This document shows, in pieces, positions 19,919 through 30,443 of a stretch of DNA of 64,000 bases (within the stretch, counting starts at the first letter, position 1; the number at the start of each line of letters is the position of its first letter). A model generated the notes under the pieces. That model was not told where the DNA came from. It was given only the letters and a program-made list of their open reading frames with translations, and made no database searches. This DNA comes from an uncultured Methanomassiliicoccales archaeon (lineage in GTDB: Archaea; Thermoplasmatota; Thermoplasmata; Methanomassiliicoccales; UBA472). Position numbers and translations under genes: made by a program. Where the stretch lies: NCBI GenBank assembly GCA_963695345.1, contig OY968769.1, forward strand, positions 1,440,001 to 1,504,000. Direction: 5' to 3'.

Positions 19919-20665
19919 ATGCCAAAGAAGGGAACGGACTTCGATGTTTATTCTACCAGCAGTGGTTTGAGACAGATATCGAATCCTGTCAGGCAGAAGA
20001 TCCTGAGCGAACTTCAGCGAAGGGACCTTAGCCTGAGCGAGATCGCGGTATTGACCGGAAAAGCCCAGTCCACCCTGTCGGTGCACCTGGAGAAAATGGT
20101 CCAGGAAGGTCTGATCGGATTCCGAGACGACCCGCTGGACAACCGCAGGAAGATATTCTACATCATCTCCAAGCCGATCGGTTCGTCGGTGGTACCCCGG
20201 GATGAGCTGAAGAAGGCGATCAGCACCACCATCTCCGGGTCGCTGGGCTCTCCCAGCGCTTTCTTGAAGGGGACCATCCGTTCGATCGTGATCGGGATGG
20301 AGGCCATCGGGTTCAACATGGACCCGGTCCTCAAGGACATCGGAAAGCAGATCGGCACGGAACTGGCAAAGCAGTTCAAGACCTCCAAGGTGGAGGACCT
20401 GATCACCGAGGTCAAGCAGTTCTACGGGGCCCACGAGTTGGGCGAGCTGGTCGTGTATTCGCTGCATCCGGTCACGCTGATCATCCGGGATGAGTACGAC
20501 TGCTCCAAGAATCCCGACGTGGGCAAAACGCTGTGCCTGCTCAACGAAGGCATCCTGGAGGCCATATTCGAGGCCAAGCTGGGAATACCTCTGCAGGTGG
20601 TGGAGAAGGACACTTTCGGAAGCGGCTTCAACATGTGCAAGTACGTCATTGAGCCGTCGTTGTGA
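19919..20665 (+). CDS. ArsR-type HTH + V4R (4-vinyl reductase-like) transcriptional regulator
   Basis: N-terminal RQKILSEL...KAQSTLSVHLEKM HTH; C-terminal YDC...LCLLNEGILEAIF...CKYVI V4R pattern. Confidence 0.82.
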   Translation: MPKKGTDFDVYSTSSGLRQISNPVRQKILSELQRRDLSLSEIAVLTGKAQSTLSVHLEKMVQEGLIGFRDDPLDNRRKIFYIISKPIGSSVVPRDELKKAISTTISGSLGSPSAFLKGTIRSIVIGMEAIGFNMDPVLKDIGKQIGTELAKQFKTSKVEDLITEVKQFYGAHELGELVVYSLHPVTLIIRDEYDCSKNPDVGKTLCLLNEGILEAIFEAKLGIPLQVVEKDTFGSGFNMCKYVIEPSL

Positions 20666-21737
20666 CGGCCGGGACCACCGGGGGTGCCGGCGAAGGCTCC
20701 TGCTGGGTCATGCAGTGGATGCCACCATACCCGTATACCAGGTTGACGGCGTTGATAGGCACGATGGCGCGCTTCGGAAAGCACGACTTAAGGATGGCTA
20801 TTGCCTCCTTGTCATGGCTGTCGTTGAACACCGGAAGCAGGACGGCGCTGTTCCCTATGTAGAAGTTGGCGTAGCTGGCCGGAAGCCACCTCTGCTCCTC
20901 CTCGAGCCACAGCGGCCTCGGCAGCGGCAGCTTCTCCACCTCCAGTTTGCGGCCCGCCTGGTCCCGGGCGGATTTCAGGATGTCCAGGTTCTTGCGCAGG
21001 ATTTCCTCGTTGGTTCCCTTCTTGTATGTGGTGAACGCGCAGAGCACGTGGTTGGGCGATACGAAGCGGGCGAAATCGTCGACATGGCCATCGGTGTCGT
21101 CCCCGTCGATCCCCGATTTCAGCCAGATCATGTTCTTGGTGCCGAGGTATTGGTTCACCAGGTCCTCGATCTGCTGCTTGGTCATCTTCGGGTTGCGGTT
21201 CTTATTGAGCAGGCACTGCTCGGTGGTCAGCACCGTGCCCATGCCGTTGACCTCGATCGAGCCGCCCTCCAGAATGATGTTCGGTCGGAAGACCGGGCAG
21301 CCGGCCGCCTTGACAACCTCATCGCCGGTCCTATCGTCCGCCATAAGGTCATCGTACTTGCCTCCCCAGGCATTGAAATGCCACTTGACCGCCGACCGCT
21401 GGCCGCTCATCTTGTGCAATAGGAAGGTGGGTCCATAGTCTCGGATCCAGACGTCCGCGCTGGGGATGCGGTGGATCTTGACCCGGCGCATCACGGCCCC
21501 GGCCTTCTCCACCTTCTCGATGACCTTCCTCTCCATCGCCTCGTCGTCCACCAGGATCTTGACTATCTCCCCCTCCGTCAGCGCCTTGATCATCTGGCAA
21601 TAGGTGTCCTCGATGGAACCGATGATGTCCGAGGGAAAGGTGAGCGGGTTCTTGGGCCACGATATCCAGGTGGCTTCGTGCTTGGCCCATTCCGCTGGCA
21701 TGGCATATCCTGCTGCTCTTGGCATCTGTTCGCTCAT
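20646..21737 (-). CDS. aguA: Agmatine deiminase
   Basis: MPAEW..H.ATW..WP, WIRDYGP, EGGSI, DTDGHVD and the catalytic GGIHCMTQQEP. Confidence 0.92.
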   Translation of the reverse strand: MSEQMPRAAGYAMPAEWAKHEATWISWPKNPLTFPSDIIGSIEDTYCQMIKALTEGEIVKILVDDEAMERKVIEKVEKAGAVMRRVKIHRIPSADVWIRDYGPTFLLHKMSGQRSAVKWHFNAWGGKYDDLMADDRTGDEVVKAAGCPVFRPNIILEGGSIEVNGMGTVLTTEQCLLNKNRNPKMTKQQIEDLVNQYLGTKNMIWLKSGIDGDDTDGHVDDFARFVSPNHVLCAFTTYKKGTNEEILRKNLDILKSARDQAGRKLEVEKLPLPRPLWLEEEQRWLPASYANFYIGNSAVLLPVFNDSHDKEAIAILKSCFPKRAIVPINAVNLVYGYGGIHCMTQQEPSPAPPVVPAVTTTAQ

Positions 21738-22627
21738 ATTGAACCGCTCCTTGGTCGGGTCTCCGATCCCTCTGTGATCCTGCAGTATTGGTCCGGCCGG
21801 CGGTTCTGGAAGAAACGCCAGCCTTCCTTGATGTTCCGACCGTGTTCCAGGTCTATGGTGGCCGTGACCACCTCTTCCCCGGCGCCGGCCCTCACCAGCG
21901 TCCTTCCGAAGGCGTCACACACGAACGAACCGCCCCAGAAGTCCATCTGGTCCTCGTTACCTGCCCTGTTAACCGCCGCCACCACCATGCCGTTCGCGAT
22001 GGCATGACCGCGCATCACGTTCTCCCAGGCCTGCTGCCAGTCCCCTTCGGCCTGCTCGACCCCTCGGACCGTTCCTATGGCGGTCGGATAGAACACCATG
22101 TCCGCCCCCATGAGCGCGTTGATCCGCGCCGCCTCCGGGAACCATTGATCGTAGCAGATCAGCGTGCCTATCCTGCCCTTCTGTGTGCCATACACCTTGA
22201 ATCCGAGGTCTCCGGGTGTGAAGTAGTGCTGTTCGTAGAAATTCTCATCGTGCGGTATGTGGACCTTGCGATACTTGCCCAGCATGCTCCCTTCCTGATC
22301 GAAGGTGAGGCAGGTGTTGAACAACCCTTCGGGGGCACGCTCGTAGATCGAGCCGCCCACGATGATCACGCGGTTCCTTCTGGCGCACTCCGAGAGGCGC
22401 TGTGCCACGGCTCCCGGGATAATCTCCAGAGGGGTCCCTTCGATCTCCCGCATGTCGGGATTCGGGTATTGGGCGAAATACCTAGAGGTGAAAAGTTCCG
22501 GCAGGCAGACCACTTCGGCCCCCTGACGTTTGGCCTCCCCTATCATCTCCAAGGCGCGGTCCAAGTTCTTTGATGGTTCAGGACGCATCTCCATCTGGAC
22601 CAGGCCTAGTGTGACGGTTTCCCTCAT
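21734..22627 (-). CDS. aguB: N-carbamoylputrescine amidase (carbon-nitrogen hydrolase)
   Basis: Catalytic triad motifs LPELF, YRKVHIP and ICYDQWFPE; YPTAIG; overlaps aguA. Confidence 0.88.
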   Translation of the reverse strand: MRETVTLGLVQMEMRPEPSKNLDRALEMIGEAKRQGAEVVCLPELFTSRYFAQYPNPDMREIEGTPLEIIPGAVAQRLSECARRNRVIIVGGSIYERAPEGLFNTCLTFDQEGSMLGKYRKVHIPHDENFYEQHYFTPGDLGFKVYGTQKGRIGTLICYDQWFPEAARINALMGADMVFYPTAIGTVRGVEQAEGDWQQAWENVMRGHAIANGMVVAAVNRAGNEDQMDFWGGSFVCDAFGRTLVRAGAGEEVVTATIDLEHGRNIKEGWRFFQNRRPDQYCRITEGSETRPRSGSI

Positions 22628-22722
22628 TTGTCGTCTCCGATGATAGTCACGATATCGGTGCGTTTATTTATTCTATCTCCGCAGCGGCGGAGCCCGGCTG
22701 AACAGAAGAATTAGAAAAAGGA

Positions 22723-22820
22723 TGGTGGGCTCTCCCAGATTCGAACTGGGGATCTCCTCCGTTCAGATCCCTTTTTGGGGGACTGTCAGGGAGACGTCAT
22801 AACCGCTAGACCAAGAGCCC
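22723..22820 (-). tRNA. tRNA-Val(GAC) with a 22-nt intron at position 37/38 (intron 22762-22783); CCA encoded
   Basis: GGGCTCT/AGAGCCC acceptor stem, anticodon arm TCTCC-CTGACA^C-GGAGG, T-arm CCCAG-TTCGAAT-CTGGG, and an ACCA end; 76 nt after intron removal. Confidence 0.92.
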
Positions 22821-22865
22821 GGCTGGATTTCTCCGTAACACCTTCGATACTATATGCCTTTCGCC

Positions 22866-23303
22866 TCAGAAAGCTACAAACCTCAGGAAGAGACCCATCA
22901 AAAGGGGCAAAATCATGAAAACGAACGTCAGCCGCATCAATATGTGCGTCGAGCGTCTGGTCGTCGGGCACCTCCTCAACTCCTTGCCCGCCGAAATGTA
23001 ACTGCCGACCAAGTACAATGACAATGCCAACCCGATCAGGCCCAGTGCGTGATGGAGCAGGACCGCCCAGCCTCTGGCCCCCAGCCCCCCGCCTATCCCT
23101 GGCGCGAGCGAGATGAAAACCGGTACCATCAGAACGACCACGGAGAACAGATTCAGAAGTGTGGCCATGCCCATGATCTTCCAATGGGTGTTAGGCCTCC
23201 GGATCACCAACGATAGGTATACCGCCGCCACTAGCAGCGCCAGGACCACGAGCTCGGTGGCCGTCCCCAGGTAGTTCAATAGGTCAGTGGTGGCGATTGA
23301 CAA
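22866..23303 (-). CDS. Four-TM membrane protein with conserved His residues (DUF420-like)
   Basis: Four hydrophobic segments, with H..IM and LHHALG motifs. Confidence 0.55.
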   Translation of the reverse strand: MSIATTDLLNYLGTATELVVLALLVAAVYLSLVIRRPNTHWKIMGMATLLNLFSVVVLMVPVFISLAPGIGGGLGARGWAVLLHHALGLIGLALSLYLVGSYISAGKELRRCPTTRRSTHILMRLTFVFMILPLLMGLFLRFVAF

Positions 23304-23488
23304 CGTACTATCAAGGATGCCATCAGTACTAACCTTTTACGTCCCTGGCGGCGTGATGACACGCTTCTTTCCATTGTCGCTGCTCTGTGGGATCTACCAT
23401 GGTTCCCCGTGGCTGGTTGCCGCTCTTGGTATTTGGATAAAAGGTAGCCGGGGCCAGCCGCACCGCCCCGGCCCGAAAACGTTTCAGG

Positions 23489-25864
23489 TCACGGGAAGGT
23501 GTTCTGCGGCGGGTTGGGTATCCCGAACGCACTGGCCACTGGTTCCGCGTAGGTCACGGTATAGACAGGTGACCAGGACGCCCCCGCATTCCCGAAATCC
23601 CCGGTGTTCGAAGTGCTTTGGGCCGACAGATAGCCCGAGTACGAGGTCTCGCTCCAGAACTCCTGCCCGGTGGCGATGTTCTTGAACGCCAGATATCTGA
23701 CGCTTAGGTGCCACGTTATCGGTTGGGTGGTGTCAGAATCGGAATCCTTGTCCGAATAGTAATGCACCCTGATCTGGTACGTCCCATACAGCGGCTGGCC
23801 CGGACCGACGTTCCCGGTCTGCGGCAGGGTCATGTTCTCCGTCGCGTAGTAATGCTCCGGACCGTATCCGTAGGTGTTGTCCAGGTCAAGGTATGGGTTC
23901 TGGTAGTCGAACGTCGCCCCTTTGTTGAGATAGTATATGTGCCGGCCTGCGGTGCCATTTATGGTCGGTTCCTTGACGTGGAGGTCCACATCACTGTTGT
24001 CCTGGTCCCATGTAAGGGTCACCGTCATCGATGCCGGGTTGGCATACGACCTGATGGTATCCCTGAGGAACCCGGCCCAATTGGAGAATGTGTCGGTGTC
24101 GGTCGCCAGGATGACCACGTCATTGTCGCCCTGCATCAACGGGACCGTTCTGGAGAACGATCCGTCGGAATCCACCGGAGCCTCGAACTTTTGGCCGCTC
24201 ACGAAGATCAAGGTCGAGGAAACCGCTGACTGGCCTCCAGTGATCGTCCCCGAGACGGTGGCCATGCTCTGGGTGGTGTCCCTGACGCCATCGCTCCCGG
24301 TGTCGACCGGGGTCGTCCCTCCGTTGCTCGGATCGGTCAGTTCCACCGTGGGGAAGATGGAACTTCCCGTGAATTTGAGCTCTGCCATGTCATAGATCCC
24401 TTTGAAGGCGTTGTTGGGGCTGAACACCTTCGCGCCAGCGTGGTAGAAGATGTTGAACTTCAGCGAATCGACCGCGGTGAGGCCCGATTCGAACACTCTG
24501 CTGAAACCGCCGCTGTACGAGTACGGCATCTGCTGGCGGTCGTCGTCCACGGACGTGCTTGGCACATTCGGGTCGTATATGTTGAAGTGGCCGTTGGCAT
24601 AGCGGTAGGCAAGAACCGCATGGCCTCCGTCAGCCCAGGTGCCGTTGTTGTACAAGGTCTTCAGTCCGACGAGCTGAGGCTCGCCCGAGACGAGCAGGCC
24701 ATGCATGATGCTGAGGCCGACCTCTTTGCTGGAAAGGTTCTGCTTCTCCTCCTGGGTAAGCGATGACCAGATGCCGGAGAGTCCGGCCTGGGCCCTGGTG
24801 GCCAGCTGGATGGCGGTCGCGTCGTCCCTCCATTCGTTGGCGTTGCCTTCGATGTACTTGGAATGCAGACCATTGCCGTCGAGCGCCTTCTCCTGGGCGA
24901 AATACCATTTCGCGTACGATGTCATTCCCAGGCATACCCCGCCGTTTTCCAGATAGGAACCATAGTTGGGTATGAACCAGCCATCGTTGGCCGGACGGAA
25001 GCCGGTATCCACTGTGACACTGGAGTTGCGGTTCTCGAAATAGGACATGACGACCTCGATGGCCACGAACTTGGAGAAGGTGCTGGCCTCGAAGGTGATG
25101 GTGTTGTTCGCAGTGCTCTGTCCGTCATATCCGGCCGACTCGAGCGTGTGATTGACGTCATCATAGTGGTAGAAGCGGACCGCCTTCTCGTCGGTGACCA
25201 GGGTCTGATCGTAGGGAAGGGTGACCTTGACCAGGCTGTCGAAGAGTTTGAAATGGTTCCATGTGCTGGAACCAGATGTGGCGATCTGGATGATCTTGCT
25301 GACTATGCTGGTCCCGGCAGGGAGGCCGGACACCGAGTTTACATCGGCATACTTTATGTCAAAGTTGATGTTCTCTGGCGCAGCACCGTTTGGCACTTCG
25401 ATCTTCAAGCCTTTCAGGGGGCTGCTGGACGAGCTCACGCCGAGGGAACCTCCAGACTGGCCGACGGTGCCGGTAGCGGCGCTGGTGAACGAAGATGTGG
25501 TCAGGACCCGTGGAGTCGTGTCACGGCTCACGTTATCTTCAGCCGCCTTCTTGGGCAGCACCAGAACGAAGAGCGCCCCGGCGATGATCAGCGCGGCCAC
25601 GACCGCTATGACCGCCACAACCAGGAGCTTCCTTCTCTTCCTGGGCTTAGGTGGTTGGTACTGCGGATATGGCTGATACTGCGGGTTCGGTGGGTATTGC
25701 TGGTACGGTTGATTCTGATATCCGTTCTGGGGCGGGTATTGTTGGGGATACTGCGGGGGCGGTGCCTGATACTGTTGGGGCGTTTGCTGACCTTGCGGGG
25801 GGTTACGATTTGGATCGTACTGGCCGTTGCTCAAGAAATCACTCTGGTTTGAAATCTGTCGCAT
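23489..25864 (-). CDS. Membrane-anchored extracellular protein: Q/P/Y-rich tail, TM helix, ZU5-like domain, putative papain-like Cys-His-Asp domain, Ig-like domain, C-terminal YfaP/DUF2135
   Basis: KRRK followed by a hydrophobic helix; GGVCLGM, GGHAVLAY and IYDPN; VTLTWD..SDVDLHV.EP and LDLDNTYGYGPEH. Confidence 0.7.
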   Translation of the reverse strand: MRQISNQSDFLSNGQYDPNRNPPQGQQTPQQYQAPPPQYPQQYPPQNGYQNQPYQQYPPNPQYQPYPQYQPPKPRKRRKLLVVAVIAVVAALIIAGALFVLVLPKKAAEDNVSRDTTPRVLTTSSFTSAATGTVGQSGGSLGVSSSSSPLKGLKIEVPNGAAPENINFDIKYADVNSVSGLPAGTSIVSKIIQIATSGSSTWNHFKLFDSLVKVTLPYDQTLVTDEKAVRFYHYDDVNHTLESAGYDGQSTANNTITFEASTFSKFVAIEVVMSYFENRNSSVTVDTGFRPANDGWFIPNYGSYLENGGVCLGMTSYAKWYFAQEKALDGNGLHSKYIEGNANEWRDDATAIQLATRAQAGLSGIWSSLTQEEKQNLSSKEVGLSIMHGLLVSGEPQLVGLKTLYNNGTWADGGHAVLAYRYANGHFNIYDPNVPSTSVDDDRQQMPYSYSGGFSRVFESGLTAVDSLKFNIFYHAGAKVFSPNNAFKGIYDMAELKFTGSSIFPTVELTDPSNGGTTPVDTGSDGVRDTTQSMATVSGTITGGQSAVSSTLIFVSGQKFEAPVDSDGSFSRTVPLMQGDNDVVILATDTDTFSNWAGFLRDTIRSYANPASMTVTLTWDQDNSDVDLHVKEPTINGTAGRHIYYLNKGATFDYQNPYLDLDNTYGYGPEHYYATENMTLPQTGNVGPGQPLYGTYQIRVHYYSDKDSDSDTTQPITWHLSVRYLAFKNIATGQEFWSETSYSGYLSAQSTSNTGDFGNAGASWSPVYTVTYAEPVASAFGIPNPPQNTFP

Positions 25865-26130
25865 CCCAATTTAAATGAGCAGTCTCCTCTACGCTTTTCC
25901 GTAATTATGCGGCAATATCCTCTCACGAGTTAGATGGGCGTAACCCACCTCTCAGATAACCCTGCCCTCAATGTTGGACACTGCGATGCTTCGGGAAACG
26001 TCGCCTAACCGATTCGCGTCATGTCAATTCCAGGCCGATAAAAAATCGAAGTGGCAAGTGAGTCTCGTTACATCGCATGGTAGGCTCAGATGCTTTTATT
26101 AGGGGAAGGCTTATGCGGAATGAGATAGCG

Positions 26131-26370
26131 ATGACTGAGATACTTCTCTTCACCAAGCCCGGCTGTCAGAAGTGCGATTACGTCAAGGCCAGGATACCGG
26201 ACGGATTGGCGGTCGAGGTCGTCGATACGTCGCAGGCAGAAGGCCTGGCAGAGGCCGCGTACTACGAACTTCTGAACAAGCCAACACCGGTCCTTGTTGT
26301 CGATGACGAGGTCGTCGAGGGTTCTATCAACATAATGAACAAGTTGAAGATCCTGGCCGACCAAAGCTAA
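26131..26370 (+). CDS. Glutaredoxin/NrdH-like small redoxin
   Basis: FTKPGCQKC CxxC motif and cis-Pro region TPVLVVD. Confidence 0.75.
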   Translation: MTEILLFTKPGCQKCDYVKARIPDGLAVEVVDTSQAEGLAEAAYYELLNKPTPVLVVDDEVVEGSINIMNKLKILADQS

Positions 26371-26404
26371 AGTTGATATCCCAATCCGTTTCTTTCGTGC
26401 CTAG

Positions 26405-27385
<981 letters not shown>

Positions 27386-27389
<4 letters not shown>

Positions 27390-28760
27390 GGGACGCTTTG
27401 GTTGCCCTTTCTGCCTTTGGCCCGCTGTTCGCCGATGATCTTGTCCACCATCGCGATGAACTCGTCCTCCCTTCCCGCCGGGATCTTGCCCCCGCTGGCG
27501 ACATTGTGCCCTCCGCCTACTCCGCCGACGGCACCGGCCGCTGTCCGCAGCGCGTAGGAGAGATCGACCCCGTTCTCGATCATCTTCTTGTTCGCCCGGG
27601 AGGATATCTTCACGTCGCTGTTCTTCTGAGAAAGGGCGATCGTCGGCTTATCCCGGTCGCCTATCCACTGCATTACGATCCCGCAGAGGTCGCTGGAGAC
27701 GTCCGGGACCGGTGAGAAGAAGTATTGCAGGTTGTCCAACTGTTTCAGCCCTTTGAACTGGACCGCCAGGACCGCTTCCAGGACCGTCTTACGGTAATCC
27801 TGCCTGAGCTTCTCGGCCCTCTCCCAGGACTTGGTGTCCCCGAGTACCAGGGCAGCCCCCGTCCCGGTCAGGTCGGAACGCCCGCAGGCATTCATGAGAT
27901 TGGATAGTTCATGGCCATAGAGTCTTCCGCTCTGAGAAGTAGTACTTCTCCGAGGAGGCTTCCTCCAGGTTGTCCAGGGTCGCTCCCTGGGCCAGCAGCC
28001 TGAGGGTTACGAGGGAGGAGAGCTTCATCTCCTGAGCCTCGTCCAGTGACTCCAGGGACATGCTGTCCAGTATGCCGGCCTCGGTCAGAAGACGGCTGAC
28101 GCCATCCGGATCGCCGCTGACGCCGGTTATGAAAGGGTCCGTGCTGTTGAAGAGGGATTCCTTCAGCGGTCCCGCGGGGGATCAGGGAGCCTTTTCTTAC
28201 CTCCAGTATGCCCCTTTCCTGACCCAGCTGTCCCAGGTATTTGTTCAGGCCCAGTAGCCCCCTTATCGTCTGCCGGTCGCCGACGATGCCGCCGAAAGCG
28301 ATCGGCAGCAGGTCCCAGTTCTTCTCCGAGACGGTGACGGAAAGCGTCATGGCCACCGACGCCGCGCAGGCGCTGGTGGCACCGTCGATGCCGAAGAGAT
28401 GGGGGTTGACATGGATCACCTTGGTGGAATCACGTTCCGGTTTATGGTGGTCCAGGACGACTGACCTTGATCGGCAGGGAATCCAGAACGTCCAGGGACG
28501 AGCTCCCCATGTCCGAGATGATGAGCAGGTCGCATCCCTGCGCGGTGTTCCGGACCACCGCTTCCTCGAACCCCTTCAGCATGGTGCATTGGAAACGCTT
28601 GTTGCTTCCTCAGAAGGGTGGCGCAGACGATGGCCGCGGACGATATGCCGTCGGCATCATTATGAGAAATGACCCGGACCTCGGAGGCCTTTTCAACCTC
28701 CGCGGCCGCGGATTTAAAACGAGATAAGAGGTTTGAAGGAATTTGGACGACTTCGTCCAT
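27386..28760 (-). CDS. DHH/DHHA1 phosphoesterase (archaeal RecJ-like, rps15-linked); about 4 frameshifts
   Basis: SHNDADGISS, ISDMGS, VVLDHH, GIVGDRQ and the C-terminal GGGHNVASGG are found in different frames (shifts near 28605, 28462, 28178 and 27915). Confidence 0.8.
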
Positions 28761-28767
28761 TACGCAA

Positions 28768-29226
28768 TCACTCGATCAAGAGCTCAGCGTTCTTCAGACT
28801 GTATAGCCAGTCCTGGGGCAGCAGGTCGTTGCGCTTGTAGTACTTCACAAGCCGCCTGATCTTGGCCTCGATGAGGTGCAGGCCCCTCTCGTTGCTGAGG
28901 TCCTTCTTGTTGTTGTTCATCATGTGCTCGTTCAGGTTGATGGCCTTCTTCATGAGGGCCACCATGTCCTCCGGCAGCTTTGGCGCGAGGTCGTTCTCTT
29001 TCAGGATCTGCAGTATCGTCTTTCCGGTCGCCAGTTTGACGTCCGGTACGGCATACTGGTCCCTGAGGACCATGCCGATCTTCGCGGTAGGCATTCCTTC
29101 CTTACCGTACTTCACGACCATCTGGTAGATCTCGTCCTTCGGAACCGGTACCCACTCGGGGTTCTCGGTGACCATGGGTCTAGCCGATCCGGCCTTGCCT
29201 CTTCTTCTGGCATGCATTCTTGCCAT
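28768..29226 (-). CDS. rps15: 30S ribosomal protein S15 (uS15)
   Basis: MARMHARRRGKAGS, IGMVLRDQY, LPEDMVAL and LIEAKIRRLVKYYK. Confidence 0.96.
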   Translation of the reverse strand: MARMHARRRGKAGSARPMVTENPEWVPVPKDEIYQMVVKYGKEGMPTAKIGMVLRDQYAVPDVKLATGKTILQILKENDLAPKLPEDMVALMKKAINLNEHMMNNNKKDLSNERGLHLIEAKIRRLVKYYKRNDLLPQDWLYSLKNAELLIE

Positions 29227-29316
29227 AATCATCATCCTCGTTACGTGTAATTCTTAAAGAGTTAGTTTCGAGATTGCTCTCGAGGCGGCGAAGCGGGTTA
29301 GCCAATTCGCACACTA

Positions 29317-29718
29317 CTATTTAATCCTTGATTTCGCAATGGCTCTCCCCTCGGGGCCCGTCCGGGATTGCGAACGGTGCCCGGCAAGGACATCCCTGGC
29401 CCACAGCAACTGCGACTCATATTCCACTGCAGGGAAGGCCAGCTCCCTAGGCAGGTCCTGGAAAAGGCGCCATTTCATCTCACCTTTGCCGTCGTCATTG
29501 ATGACCTCTCCGGCAAATACCAGGCCATCCCCGAACTCCATGCATCCCAATGGCAGGAACAGGACCCCGGCCTCTTCCCGGAACTCTCTGACCGATGCAT
29601 CCCTCGGGTCCTCCCCTTCCTCGACCTTGCCCCCGGGCATCTCCCAGCCGCCCCGTTTGGGATTCTCGACCATCAGGAAACGGTCGCCATTGAAACCGAT
29701 GGCATAGACCCACTTCAT
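29317..29718 (-). CDS. NUDIX hydrolase
   Basis: Nudix box GGKVEEGEDPRDASVREFREEAG. Confidence 0.88.
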   Translation of the reverse strand: MKWVYAIGFNGDRFLMVENPKRGGWEMPGGKVEEGEDPRDASVREFREEAGVLFLPLGCMEFGDGLVFAGEVINDDGKGEMKWRLFQDLPRELAFPAVEYESQLLWARDVLAGHRSQSRTGPEGRAIAKSRIK

Positions 29719-30374
29719 TTCGATTCGACCGTGATCATGGCGTGGTCCTTCTCATAGCGGTCGATGTCGACCATGTCGACCACCCTATAACCTTCCTTGA
29801 CCAGATGCGCTTTGACCTCCCGGAAGATATCGTGGGGGTCCCTGGTCACGTCCTCGCTCCGGGCCTTGATCACTAGCATGCCCTGCCTGACGTTGAACGC
29901 TCTCATGTTCTTCAGGAAGATGCCCACCTGGTTCTTCTGGGCGATGTCCTGGTAGACCACCGTGGGCGATTCCACCGCGAAACCGTACTCGTCCGGCTTG
30001 GTGGCGTCGGCTAGAATGGGTATCATGTTCTTGCGGGTCTCGCATACCTTGACCAGGTCGCGGAATGAGCGCTGTGATATCTCGACACAATAGACCGCAC
30101 CTTGGGCAACGACGTCCGCCACGTGGGATGAAGTCGTACCCGATGCCGCTCCCAGGTATAGCACCCTGGAATCCGCCTTGAAGGGATCGAAAGAGCCGCC
30201 GCACTTGATATAGGCCGCCAGCTTGCTCCGGCTGGGGACCCACTCCCGGTATTCGGTTCCCTGGTGATTGAACAGCCTCTCCCCGTACACCCTATTGCCC
30301 GGGACGGCGTTCCGGGTCAGGAGCAGATTCCCGTCGGTGAAAACGCCGATGAACCGGGTCTCGGTGATCGGCAT
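29715..30374 (-). CDS. flpA: Fibrillarin (box C/D 2'-O-methyltransferase)
   Basis: VYGERL, YREWVPSRSKLAA, VLYLGAASGTTSSH and YQDIAQ; start re-placed at MPITETRF. Confidence 0.95.
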   Translation of the reverse strand: MPITETRFIGVFTDGNLLLTRNAVPGNRVYGERLFNHQGTEYREWVPSRSKLAAYIKCGGSFDPFKADSRVLYLGAASGTTSSHVADVVAQGAVYCVEISQRSFRDLVKVCETRKNMIPILADATKPDEYGFAVESPTVVYQDIAQKNQVGIFLKNMRAFNVRQGMLVIKARSEDVTRDPHDIFREVKAHLVKEGYRVVDMVDIDRYEKDHAMITVESK

Positions 30375-30443
30375 TGCGGATTCGCTCATCGGCCGATGGA
30401 TGGTCGCCAACCTATTAACCTTTTCAGACCCATGTCCGGTGCA

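Noticed and set aside
23345-23480. Possible box C/D sRNA (GTGATGA near 23353)
   Set aside because: No properly spaced CTGA D box or terminal stem was found.
25650-25820. Repetitive-looking sequence (possible CRISPR or tandem repeat)
   Set aside because: It encodes the low-complexity Q/P/Y-rich protein tail and has no constant-length repeat-spacer structure. No CRISPR array or cas gene was seen in the window.
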